Below are positions 19,836 to 29,230 of a stretch of 64,000 nt of DNA, one piece after another. The notes beneath the pieces are model-generated. The model was not told where the DNA came from. It saw only the letters and a list, made by a program, of their open reading frames with translations, and did not search any database. Origin of the DNA: Candidatus Latescibacterota bacterium (GTDB lineage: Bacteria; Latescibacterota; UBA2968; UBA8231); NCBI GenBank assembly GCA_965243025.1, contig CBDETY010000003.1:5632001-5696000 (forward strand), read 5' to 3'. The number at the start of each line of letters is the position of its first letter. Positions within the stretch are counted from its first letter, which is position 1. A program made the position numbers and the translations under genes.

Positions 19836-20867
19836 TTACAGGATCGACTCCGTCTGCTTTTCCACCTCGTCCCAGTCGAACTCCGCGCCGAGCCCGGGTC
19901 CCTGCGGCACCGGGAGGTGGCCGTTCTCCAGCAGGAGGGGGTTGAGGATCAGGGGCTCTCCCCCCTGGGATCCGGCGGTCGTGGTTTCGTAGAAGGTGCA
20001 GTTCCTTATGGCGCCGATGACGTGGGCGTGGACGAACCCGTGCATCACCCCGCGCGAGGTGATCTCGCAGTTCATGCCGAAGGCTTCGGCGAGCCGGGCG
20101 ATCATCAGCATGTCGGTGATGCCGCCGCGCCAGGGCACGCTGGCGCGCACGATGTCCACCGCCTGCTGGGCAACCAGCTGCGAGGTGGAGTAGATGCTTC
20201 CCGGCAGGTACTCGGTGGCGGCGATCGGAATGTCGAGGGCTGCGGCGAGCTTCTTGAGCCCCATGATATCGAAGTCCCTGAGCGGCTCCTCGAACCAGAA
20301 GTACTCCTCTTCCTGCAGGACGCGGCCGACGCGCAAAGCGTCGGTGAACACGTACTGCTGCACGGCGTCGTGCATCAGGTGGAAGTCGGGGCCGACGGCG
20401 CGCCGGGACTCCCGCGCCACCTCCATCATCATTTCCGGCGGCTTGTCGCGGAAGTGGTCCTTGTAGCCGTAGAACCCCTCCTCCTTCGCCTGCACCGCCT
20501 CGGCGGCGAAGCGCTCCACCGCGTCGAAGTTCGGGCCCATCTTGTAGGCGGGGATCGAGTCGCGGAACCCGCCGATGAGCCGGAACACCGGCAGGTTGGT
20601 CGCCTTTCCCAGCAGGTCCCAGACGGCGACGTCGACATGCCCGCGCACCGGCTGCGGCAGGTACTGGAAGCGATCGCGGCGGCTGAGGTCCTCCCAGATG
20701 CGCTGGCGGTCGAAGGGGTCCTGGCCGATCAGGAAGTCGCGGTACGCCGACTGGATGTGCCGCGCGGTGATCTCGTCCACCCCGAGGCAGCAGCCCTCGA
20801 TGCCCTCGTCGGTGCCGATGCGCAGGAGTCCGATCGGCTGGTGGATGCGGATGTCGGTGATTTTCAT
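19836..20867 (-). CDS. Mandelate racemase/muconate lactonizing enzyme family (enolase superfamily)
   Basis: VDVAVWDLLGKATNLPVFRLIGG, LMHDA, WFEEP, PQGPGLG. Confidence 0.9.
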   Translation of the reverse strand: MKITDIRIHQPIGLLRIGTDEGIEGCCLGVDEITARHIQSAYRDFLIGQDPFDRQRIWEDLSRRDRFQYLPQPVRGHVDVAVWDLLGKATNLPVFRLIGGFRDSIPAYKMGPNFDAVERFAAEAVQAKEEGFYGYKDHFRDKPPEMMMEVARESRRAVGPDFHLMHDAVQQYVFTDALRVGRVLQEEEYFWFEEPLRDFDIMGLKKLAAALDIPIAATEYLPGSIYSTSQLVAQQAVDIVRASVPWRGGITDMLMIARLAEAFGMNCEITSRGVMHGFVHAHVIGAIRNCTFYETTTAGSQGGEPLILNPLLLENGHLPVPQGPGLGAEFDWDEVEKQTESIL

Positions 20868-21091
20868 GGCTTGCCCTGGTCCGGTTCGTCGGAGCGGTTT
20901 TCGCAGCCGGGAAATACCGGTTGCCGCGGGGCGGAGTCAACACGGGCTCGGGGGGCCCGTCACCTCATGCAAAGCATTTCCGGCGCATGTGGGATCGTGA
21001 AACCGCGTCCGTCCGGGGCATGGAGGACTCCGTAAGGCCGCGATCCTCCGTCGAGCACGGAAAGCTCCGGACGGAGGGGCGGCGCCGGCGG

Positions 21092-22288
21092 TCAGTTGAC
21101 CATCTGCATCAGGCGCTGGGTCATGGAGCCCTCCTGGGTAAGGGCGTAGATGATGACGTTGACGACGAGCTGCCAATTGCGCCCCGCTTCATGGTCCCTG
21201 AGGTCTCCCAGTCCGGTGCCCCAACCGAAGGTTACGGCGACGAGCCGCCCCTTGACGAAATACCCCATGTTGCGGTGCCAGGAATGGATCCCCTGCTTGC
21301 CGCTGCCCAACACGTAGTAGGCGGATGGGGCCCCGCCCCCGATGTCGAAGTAGGCGGAGTACACCGGGTGGTCGTCGGGAAGCCTCTGTCTCCAGAAATC
21401 GCGGCCGGCGACCAGCCCCCCGTATTTCTCCAGGGCTTCGAAGGGAACCGGCTCGGCATCGGGGTTGAGCCCGAACACGAACCCGCCCGCCAGTATGTAA
21501 CGGGCCAGCGCCTCCAGCTCGCTCTCGTTCACCCGGTAGCCGGGCACGATGATCATCGGTATCTCCATCAGCCGGCTGTCGTCGAACGTAATCGAACCCT
21601 CGTACTCGGCCTTGATTCCCGTCAGCTCGTTGAGGGCGTCGCGCACCTGGTCGATGCCGTGGGTAAAAAAGCCTCCTGTGCCGTACTCGATCGACTTGGC
21701 CGATTCCACGTGGGCGAAACGCACGAACCCCTTGATGTTCTGCCGGTCCGTCGGACTCTGGACGACCATTGCCTTGTAGCGGCCGGTGTCCAGGCTGTTG
21801 ACGTCCATCATCTCCAGCGCCATGTCGATCTTGTTCTCGGGGGCCCGGCTGCTGGCCAGCACTTCCCGGGCGAGGGCGCGGGGTTCCAGGTCGACGCTCG
21901 TGAAGCTCGATGTCCGCGACAGCGCCACCCTCGGGTTGGCTACTTGGCGAATCACCGCGCCTGTGTTGAACGCCGCCGTCGCCTGCACCCGGTCCATGCG
22001 GGCGGCCGTCAGCCTGACCTCGCGCCTGACCATCTGCCTTCTGGGCTGAGGGATTTTGCGCAACTCCAACGGCTTGGTCAGCCGGGGCTCTCTCATGACG
22101 AACTTCGTCGTCAGGGGCTTGGGGGCCTTGGCTGCCCGCTCCTTGAACGGATCGATCGCAACCAGGGCCAGATGCAGAAGTGCTGCGAGGCAGAGGCTGG
22201 ACCAGAAGACCTTGCGCAGGGGGCCGAGCAGCTCGTCGGGTCTGAAGCCCGACGTGGGGGAAGCGAAACGAGACGTACCGTCCGCCAT
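21092..22288 (-). CDS. Membrane-anchored DUF4159-domain protein
   Basis: N-terminal TM (SLCLAALLHLALVAI); C-terminal LARYILAGGFVF, LPDDHPVYSAYFD, VNVIIYALTQ; AGGAGG RBS. Confidence 0.75.
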   Translation of the reverse strand: MADGTSRFASPTSGFRPDELLGPLRKVFWSSLCLAALLHLALVAIDPFKERAAKAPKPLTTKFVMREPRLTKPLELRKIPQPRRQMVRREVRLTAARMDRVQATAAFNTGAVIRQVANPRVALSRTSSFTSVDLEPRALAREVLASSRAPENKIDMALEMMDVNSLDTGRYKAMVVQSPTDRQNIKGFVRFAHVESAKSIEYGTGGFFTHGIDQVRDALNELTGIKAEYEGSITFDDSRLMEIPMIIVPGYRVNESELEALARYILAGGFVFGLNPDAEPVPFEALEKYGGLVAGRDFWRQRLPDDHPVYSAYFDIGGGAPSAYYVLGSGKQGIHSWHRNMGYFVKGRLVAVTFGWGTGLGDLRDHEAGRNWQLVVNVIIYALTQEGSMTQRLMQMVN

Positions 22289-22429
22289 GGTTCACCTCCT
22301 GAGGTGAATTCTGTGGAGGGTTCCCGGCACCCATCACACCCGGAGTTCGCTCACAATATACATCACCGGGTGGTGAAGAAATGTAAAGGAAGCAAAGTTT
22401 TTTTTGGGAGGGCCGTCTATTACTCGGTT

Positions 22430-23242
22430 CTATTCCAACAGGCTCGCCTTGATTCGTCCCCATGCCTTGTCTTCCACAACGGATTTGTCATCGCCCGGCA
22501 GCAGAACACCATCCACCCATGTATGAGCATCGCTTCCCAGGTCACTGCGTTTTCCCGTGAAGTTCCCAAGGATGTACGCATCGTGAATGAATTCGTCTTC
22601 ATCGATATCCGTCACCTGAATGCTGAATCCAACAATCTTGTTTGCCCGCAGGTCTGAAACCACACTGCTTTCGGCCTCCGCAATGATGAGCTTGTCGAAA
22701 GGGGTGATATAGAACTCGATGATCCATACGGTTGGATTCATTCCATTGGCAGATCCTCCTGCGCTCGAGAACGGAGCATTGCTCCACCAGTCGCCGAACT
22801 CGCCCATGATTTGCAGGTCGATGTTCGGGGTCTCCGGACTGATTGGGATAGCTTCATAGAATTGAGCTGCTTGGTCCTGAATTCCACAGTCTTCGATACT
22901 TAAACACGATTCCCCGGGATCGAATCCGGGAGAACCGTCGTGGTCTCCATCGATCATGAAATTGACGTGATCCTGAAAAAAGAAATTACCAGGATAGGCG
23001 AAATTCCCGTCCCAGCTTCGAAACAAATCGTCGGCGATAATGGCGGCTGAATAGAAACGGTCGGTTGAATCGCTCCAGCCCAGCCAGATACGGAAATCAA
23101 GGTCGGACGGACCGTATTTGGTGCTCTGAGGATTCGAGGTCACATCGGGAAAGAAGGAGAAATCCAGTGCGGTGAGGGATGGTTCGAAAAACAACCCTTC
23201 CCATTCATCGACTTGGCCGTCGATTACATCAGTTGGAGAGAT
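22430..23242 (-). pseudogene. 5'-truncated secreted acidic protein (CBM9/DOMON-like) with C-terminal AWGRIKA motif
   Basis: IDGQVDEW, FRIWLGWS, IDGDHDG, VEDKAWGRIKASLLE*; visibly lower GC; no signal peptide; upstream part of the ORF reads as antisense of another gene fragment. Confidence 0.55.
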
Positions 23243-23326
23243 CTGGGCTTCGAGCGCGTCGCCGAAGCCCGGGGTCGCGAGGCACGCCTGTCCTTCGCCG
23301 AGGGCGTCACCGAAGACGGCATCTGA
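23243..23326 (+). pseudogene. 3' remnant of a deleted + strand gene (LGFERVAEARGREARLSFAEGVTEDGI*)
   Basis: Abrupt switch to high GC with G/C-ending codons in this frame, ending at TGA 23324-23326. Confidence 0.45.
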
Positions 23327-23394
23327 GTTTTGAAAGAGACCGTTCCAAACAGTGTAGTGAGAAAGCTTGCCTTTTAACTTCATAAAAAAGAAGA

Positions 23395-24672
23395 ATGACC
23401 ATGTCTGATAAACTGCCCCTCGCCATCGTCGGCTGCGGCGGCATGGGCCACCGCCATCTCTACGGCCTCGCCGAGCTGCAGGAAGCCGGCCTGTCTCCCT
23501 TCGAGCTGGTGGGCGCCTGCGACCCCGACCTCGACAACGCCAACTCGCTCGCCGACCAGGCCGAAGAGCTGCTTGGCGAGCGGCCCCGGCCCGTCGGGGA
23601 CCTCGCCGGGCTGGCTTCCGCCGCCCCGGTCAAGGCCGTCGACATCGCCACTTTGCCCGCCCATCACCACACCGTCGCCATCGAGGCGATGGAGCGCGGC
23701 TGGCACGCGCTGTGCGAAAAACCGATGGGGCTCACGGTCCGCGCCTGCAGGCGGATGACCGCCAAGGCGGAGGAGACCGGGTGCATCCTCTCGGTTGCGG
23801 AGAACTACCGGCGCGACCCGGTGAACCGGCTCGCCAGGGCCCTCCTCGACGCCGGCGTCATCGGGCCTCCGCGCCTGATGCAGCAGGTGGCCATGGCCAA
23901 CGGGGACCGCATGGTCATTTCAGACTGGCGGCACCAGAAGAACTCGAGCGGCATCCTCCTCGACGCGGGGGTTCACTATGCCGACATCATGGAGTACTTC
24001 CTCGGGGAGGCCGACACCGTCTACGCGCAGACGCGCCTGCACGAGCCGGTCCGCAGGAACCCGGTAGCGGGGCGCAGCGGCGTCAGCAGCGGCTCGCCGG
24101 GGGGCGTCTACGAACGCTGGCAGAAGGACATGCCCGCCGAGTTCGAGGCCACGGCGGACGACGCGGGGTACGCCACCATCCTCTTCAAAAGCGGCGCCGT
24201 CGCCCAGTACATCGAGGACTACGCCGCCCACGGCCAAAGCCAGAGGCGGCGCTCCATCCACGGCAGCCTCGGCTCGCTGGAGCTTCCCGGCGACCGCTCG
24301 GGCAACCGCCTGACGCTCCACCTCGACGGGGAGGACCCGATTGACGGCGAAGCCCTGCTCGACCTGGTGCCCGACCACCGCCTCGACGAGGCCACGGCCG
24401 CGCTGTTCGGCGGCGACCGGCTGTTCGAGTACCCCTTCCCCTTTCCCGAGACCGACCGCAAGCTGATCGCCGTCGAGTACCACGAGCTGGGAACCTGCAT
24501 CCAACAGGGGCGGCAACCCGAAGTCGACGCCCGCCAGGGCGCCCGCTCCGTGGCCCTGTCCTACAGCCTGATGGAGTCGCAGGCGGCCGGCCGGGCGCTC
24601 TCCGTCGACGCCGTCCGCGACGACCGGATCAACGCCTACCAGGCGGAAATCAACGAGCACCTCGGGCTTTGA
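23395..24672 (+). CDS. Gfo/Idh/MocA-family oxidoreductase
   Basis: IVGCGGMG, HALCEKPM, LLDAGVHYAD. Confidence 0.92.
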   Translation: MTMSDKLPLAIVGCGGMGHRHLYGLAELQEAGLSPFELVGACDPDLDNANSLADQAEELLGERPRPVGDLAGLASAAPVKAVDIATLPAHHHTVAIEAMERGWHALCEKPMGLTVRACRRMTAKAEETGCILSVAENYRRDPVNRLARALLDAGVIGPPRLMQQVAMANGDRMVISDWRHQKNSSGILLDAGVHYADIMEYFLGEADTVYAQTRLHEPVRRNPVAGRSGVSSGSPGGVYERWQKDMPAEFEATADDAGYATILFKSGAVAQYIEDYAAHGQSQRRRSIHGSLGSLELPGDRSGNRLTLHLDGEDPIDGEALLDLVPDHRLDEATAALFGGDRLFEYPFPFPETDRKLIAVEYHELGTCIQQGRQPEVDARQGARSVALSYSLMESQAAGRALSVDAVRDDRINAYQAEINEHLGL

Positions 24673-24755
24673 AAGGGTGGACAGTGCGGGCCGATTGTTG
24701 ACCCGCTGAAGGAGGCCGATTCCTTTTGTCTCCGATCCCCGATCCGGAGCGCGAC

Positions 24756-25115
24756 ATGCACGAAGCTGTGAGAGACTGGCTGGAGCAGTGCCGGAACAAG
24801 CTCCGCACCGAGGCGATTACCGCCGCGGACCTCGACCGTCTCGACGGCCTGCTCGCCGAACCCCGCCAGCAGGTCCTCTACCTCTACGGCAAATCGACCA
24901 ACATGAGGTCCCCCCTGGCCGGCTGGGCCCTGTACGACCCTACCCGGCCGGAAACGCCGACCTTGCCCAGCGACGATCCGCCCTACGAATCTGTTATCGC
25001 CGCCGTGGCCGACGGCTGGCGGGTGGTGCAGTTCCCCATCGCCAAGCTCTACGCGTACGAGGGCCAGGACAACGACTACCTCGGGTACGAGTTCGTGCTC
25101 GAGAGATTCGTTTAG
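24756..25115 (+). CDS. Conserved hypothetical protein
   Basis: RQQVLYLY...PPYESVIAAVADGWRVVQFP...EFVLERF; GGAG RBS; 9 nt upstream of the PhyH gene. Confidence 0.7.
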   Translation: MHEAVRDWLEQCRNKLRTEAITAADLDRLDGLLAEPRQQVLYLYGKSTNMRSPLAGWALYDPTRPETPTLPSDDPPYESVIAAVADGWRVVQFPIAKLYAYEGQDNDYLGYEFVLERFV

Positions 25116-25124
25116 GAGAAACGG

Positions 25125-25919
25125 ATGCTTGCAATTGAACCGACCCTGGACGACGACGGCGTCATGGACTTCGTCGCCTCCGGCCTGGTCGTCCTCGAAG
25201 GTGTCATCGGGGAGAGCTTCAACCGCCGCTGCCGCGATCTCGCCCGGGGCAACTGCGACGCCCTGATCGCCTCGGACGACTTCACCCGCGAGGTGCTCCT
25301 GCACCCCCGGGTCGCCGGGGTCGCGCGCTCGCTTCTGGGGGAGGATTTCCTGGTTCCCCGGGGCGGGCACCACCACTACTTCAAGGACCCGCACCTCGGA
25401 CAGACCTGGCATTCGGACGGGCTTTCGGGCAGCGGCTACGACGTCGTCGAGCTGCAGTGCTACTACTACCCCCACAGCGTGGCGCTGGCCGACGGGCCGA
25501 CCATGGTTCTTCCCGGCTCCCATTGCCGCGCCGTCGACCGCGAGGCCATCGCCCACTACGGCGATATCCGCGGCCAGGTATCGCTGACCGTGCCGGCCGG
25601 AACCGTGGCGATGACCCGCTACGGCATCTGGCACAAGGCGGGCCCCAAGACCAACGACCGCGCCCGCAGCATGATCAAGTTTTCCTACCACCGCACGGCC
25701 GCGCCAAAGCGGGACTGGCTCTGCGATACCGCGGAGATTCCCGCCTGCCGCGACCGCCCGCGCCTGCCGTACGTGACCGAAGTCGAGTCCTACCGCGACC
25801 GGGTGCGGCGCATCCGCACCTGGAACTGGCTGTGCGGCATCGACCAGGAGGTCGAGCTGCGCTGGGAAACGTCGAAGCGGGTCTCCGAACTGACAGGGGA
25901 AGGAACTCCAACTCCATAG
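25125..25919 (+). CDS. Phytanoyl-CoA dioxygenase family protein
   Basis: QTWHSDG, GPTMVLPGSH, IWHKAG; AGGAG RBS. Confidence 0.85.
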   Translation: MLAIEPTLDDDGVMDFVASGLVVLEGVIGESFNRRCRDLARGNCDALIASDDFTREVLLHPRVAGVARSLLGEDFLVPRGGHHHYFKDPHLGQTWHSDGLSGSGYDVVELQCYYYPHSVALADGPTMVLPGSHCRAVDREAIAHYGDIRGQVSLTVPAGTVAMTRYGIWHKAGPKTNDRARSMIKFSYHRTAAPKRDWLCDTAEIPACRDRPRLPYVTEVESYRDRVRRIRTWNWLCGIDQEVELRWETSKRVSELTGEGTPTP

Positions 25920-26159
25920 CTCCCCTCAGGTCGACCGGCGAGCCGCCGATGGTGGGCGGCGCCTCTACGCCGTACCCGGGAAACTCGTCTGACAACATGA
26001 GGGTCGCGCCTTGAAAATCCATTTCCGCGTGACCGATGCGGCCGCCCGCCTCGGACAAACGGGGCTTCTCCGGTGCGCCCAAGGCCCTGGCGTAGAAAAT
26101 CGAGCGCCCCGGCCGCGTTTCAGAACCCGCAGGTAGATGAACATCCCGTGAATCGTCAT
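25920..26159 (-). pseudogene. Frameshifted, 3'-truncated VOC/glyoxalase (PhnB-like) gene
   Basis: MTIHGMFIYLRV / NAAGALD / FYARALGA...GRIGHAEMDFQGATLMLSDEFP spread over three frames; AAGGAG RBS; C-terminal half absent. Confidence 0.75.
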
Positions 26160-26175
26160 GCCGGCTCCTTTCATT

Positions 26176-26952
26176 TCAGGAGTGTTCGAAAACGGTCTGC
26201 CGCATGCTCCAGGTTACCGGTTGCTGCCCGTCGAGTTGAGATCTGGCATGGAGCGCGCCGGCCAAGGCGGCAAGCTCCGGCGGGCTGGCCGAAGCCTTCA
26301 CCGCGGGGTCCTCGCGGAGGGTTGCGAAGGTCATCCCGAACATGGCGGCGGCGTCCTTCGCGGCCACGGTGTGCTGCGCGATGCGGTTTGAGCGGACTCG
26401 CAGGCCGTTCAGCTCCCTGACCGCGGCCAGCCGCCGGCCGACGTGGAGCTCGCCTCCCCTGCCGGCGATAGCTGCTTCCACCAGGCCCAGGTACTTCACG
26501 AACACCGCGTCGCCGGTGTGGATGGACTCCACCTCGTCCACGAGGATTGTCCCGGTGGGCGTCATGCAGCCTTTCCATGACTCGATGGCCTTGGCGGGAT
26601 CCGGGAGGTGGGAGAGCAGCAGGTGGCAGAAAACAAGGTCTGCGGCCTCGATAGGCGGAGGGCCCTCGGTCAGGTCGTGCCGGACGAACCGCAGCGCCGG
26701 GGCGGAGTCAGCGGCCAGACCCAGGAAGTGCTCCGACCGGTCGACGCCAACAGTCAGGGCGGCCCCCGACAGCCTGCTCAGGAGCCGGGTGGTGCAACCG
26801 GGGCCGCAGCCCAGGTCTACGGCAACGCCGGGGTGAGGGGGCGCGGCATCCCGGATGAACCTCGTCATCTCGGGTTCGAAGAGCCGCGCCGCGACCTTCA
26901 GCCGTTCGGCCGCCTGGTCGGAGTCCCCCAATGCGTACGGCTCCTGTCTCAT
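26176..26952 (-). CDS. Class I SAM-dependent methyltransferase
   Basis: VDLGCGPG, GVDRS, DLVFCHLLLSHLPDP. Confidence 0.88.
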   Translation of the reverse strand: MRQEPYALGDSDQAAERLKVAARLFEPEMTRFIRDAAPPHPGVAVDLGCGPGCTTRLLSRLSGAALTVGVDRSEHFLGLAADSAPALRFVRHDLTEGPPPIEAADLVFCHLLLSHLPDPAKAIESWKGCMTPTGTILVDEVESIHTGDAVFVKYLGLVEAAIAGRGGELHVGRRLAAVRELNGLRVRSNRIAQHTVAAKDAAAMFGMTFATLREDPAVKASASPPELAALAGALHARSQLDGQQPVTWSMRQTVFEHS

Positions 26953-26964
26953 GGCGGGGCCGTA

Positions 26965-27288
26965 TTACTTGGGCGGAAGACTCAGCGCGCAGGAAGCGCC
27001 GGTGTCTACCCAATCCTGCAAGGAACCATGGTCTTTGGTGCCCTCGGGTCCGACGACCACCCAGCCGCGCATGGTCCTGCCGGTGAAGTCCATCTCGCGG
27101 ACGTGGGGTCTGTCCAGGGCCGACTCGTACTCGGTCCGGGAGACGCGGACGATCAGGTCGTTCCCGATGACGCCGCACGCCATATTGCCCTGCAGCATGA
27201 ACGCCACGCCCCCGAACATCTTCTTCCGCACGAGGGACGGCTCCTCCCGAAGGATCCCGAGCACACGCTCGGTCAGATGTTCATCATG
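26965..27288 (-). CDS. TfoX/Sxy N-terminal domain protein
   Basis: KKMFGGVAFMLQGNMACGV, MDFTGRTMRGWV, SLPPK; start at 27288 or 27294. Confidence 0.85.
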   Translation of the reverse strand, partial: HDEHLTERVLGILREEPSLVRKKMFGGVAFMLQGNMACGVIGNDLIVRVSRTEYESALDRPHVREMDFTGRTMRGWVVVGPEGTKDHGSLQDWVDTGASCALSLPPK

Positions 27289-27378
27289 GGCCAAGGGCCG
27301 CCCTCCTGATTCCTGTCGTGGGGCAATGGCTTGTCGCCTCTCCGGTCCATGCCTGGACGGAGGGAAAGACTGCTGACG

Positions 27379-28182
27379 CTAGTCCTTCCGTGGTGTGTAC
27401 AACATCAGGGTGCCGATCTGTTCATACCCCACAATCGGGTACAGTCTGGCCCCCGCGTGACTGGCGGTGAGTACTGCCATCCTCGAGCCAGCGGCGCGGT
27501 CGTCTCGCAGCATCCGGGACATCAGGGCACGAGCGATTCCACGGCGGCGGAACTCCGGAACCACGTACATATCCGCGCACCAGGTCCCCTGCTTCACATC
27601 AATGCTGCGAACCCACCCTACCGGTTTGTCGTCGACCAGCGCGACGTACTGACGCAACGGCGAACCTTCCGCAAGATGTTCGGACAGAACCTGGCGGGAC
27701 CTTGCCGCCTTGTTCACCTGTTGTGCCAGATCTTCCGTGGTAACGCGAAGAATCTCTGCGGGTTTCTCGAAGCGCGGAATCCGTTTCAACTCGTGGACCA
27801 TCAAAGGCTCTGTTGCCCCAAGTCTGTAGTTGAGTGCCTTGAAGCCTGCCCGCAGCGGTTGATCGGATTCATCAACACCGTAAACCGCGCATACGGCGAA
27901 TCTGCCCCGGGTGTGTTTGCGGGCAGTCCGGTCAATCATCTCCGGTGCTACACCGTGGGCGAGAAACTGTTCTCTGCGGTAGTTCCCGCGTTTTCGGGGG
28001 GCATCGCCCACGACCCAGATTTTTCCGACTCGCTCTGCCAGATAGGGGTGTGTGAAACTCCGCGTAAAACAGAATCCACGCGCGAACACCTCCATCGCCT
28101 GTTGCAGTATCTCCATTGCCTTTTCTTCCGGAATCAGGGCTTTGGGAAAATCCGCTAATGAAGGTTCATCCAGATGTTGCAA
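27379..28182 (-). CDS. GNAT-family N-acetyltransferase
   Basis: MYVVPEFRRRGIARALM, GARLYPIVGY; the true start may be ATG 28116. Confidence 0.85.
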   Translation of the reverse strand: MQHLDEPSLADFPKALIPEEKAMEILQQAMEVFARGFCFTRSFTHPYLAERVGKIWVVGDAPRKRGNYRREQFLAHGVAPEMIDRTARKHTRGRFAVCAVYGVDESDQPLRAGFKALNYRLGATEPLMVHELKRIPRFEKPAEILRVTTEDLAQQVNKAARSRQVLSEHLAEGSPLRQYVALVDDKPVGWVRSIDVKQGTWCADMYVVPEFRRRGIARALMSRMLRDDRAAGSRMAVLTASHAGARLYPIVGYEQIGTLMLYTPRKD

Positions 28183-29230
28183 GGGGATCCACAGCCTTGC
28201 CGCCGTACCTCATAATGTGGTGCCGGGGAGGGTGGTAGAAGCGGCCCACTTCTTCCAGGATTTCGGGTTTGCGCCGGATGCATTCCCGTGCCGGGAGGGT
28301 GAGAACGATGTCCTCGACATCGTGCGGTCCGATGCGCCAGTGGCCGCACACGGCTCCGGTCAACTCTCCGTCGACGAGCAGGCAGGCGAGCACTTCCAGC
28401 CCTTCGAAGCGCTCCTTGAGCTCGGCCGTATGGGGGAGGACCAGAGGGTCTCCCGGGTGAAGCATGAATACCCTCGGGTCGATTCGCGCAGGATCGAGGT
28501 TGCGGTCTTCAACGCAGGTCCATCCTTCTCCCAGGCTTTCCACCTGCACGGGTGAGAGCCCTTCACTTTCCAACCGGGTCAGAACAGTCGCCAGCCCTCG
28601 TTGAGTGAATCCCGACCAGCATTTCACCTCCTGGAAGGTGGCGAACACGTGGCTCCGGAAGAAGCGCCTGATCACGGCAGTTGCCGCTTCCTCCCAGGAC
28701 AGGCGGTCAAGGTCGACCTCCGGAAGGGCGGAGCTCAGCGGAGACCAGGGCCGGTCCCAGCTGGCGTCGCTCTGGTCTTCGAACACCAGGAAGGCCTCCT
28801 GCAGGCGGTGCAGCACCGGCATCAGCTTCTTGTGCTGTATGTCCATCTCGAGGCGCAGCTGGCGCGGGGACAACCCGTCGTGGTAGCCCAGGACCTGGAG
28901 GACCCGATCCTGAATGTCGCTGAGGACCTTAAGGGGCCGGCGGAACGCCGCGGCGTAGAGCTCGAAATCCGCGGCCAGCACATAGCCGATCCTGCCGCCG
29001 GAGAACCGGCCTTTCAGCAGGTCCTGACGGGCGCGCAGTCCGTCCGCCAGGGACCGGTCGTCCCCGAGGCAGCGGTGCATGAGCCGGGGAGGGGAGCCGG
29101 GCATGTCCCGGGCTACGGGAGTCACCGGCTGCAGTCTCCTGACAAGCTCGAGGTATTCCCTCTCGTCGCGGGCAGGGGATACCAGTCCGTGGCGCCTGAG
29201 GCGGTGGGCGAGGACGGATTCCTTTTTCAT
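28166..29230 (-). CDS. YcaQ/AlkZ-like winged-helix protein (crosslink-repair glycosylase family, divergent)
   Basis: RLRRHGL, LLKGRFSGGRIGYV, RRFFRSHVFATFQEVKCWSG, DPL, LLVDGELTG. Confidence 0.6.
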   Translation of the reverse strand: MKKESVLAHRLRRHGLVSPARDEREYLELVRRLQPVTPVARDMPGSPPRLMHRCLGDDRSLADGLRARQDLLKGRFSGGRIGYVLAADFELYAAAFRRPLKVLSDIQDRVLQVLGYHDGLSPRQLRLEMDIQHKKLMPVLHRLQEAFLVFEDQSDASWDRPWSPLSSALPEVDLDRLSWEEAATAVIRRFFRSHVFATFQEVKCWSGFTQRGLATVLTRLESEGLSPVQVESLGEGWTCVEDRNLDPARIDPRVFMLHPGDPLVLPHTAELKERFEGLEVLACLLVDGELTGAVCGHWRIGPHDVEDIVLTLPARECIRRKPEILEEVGRFYHPPRHHIMRYGGKAVDPLATSG

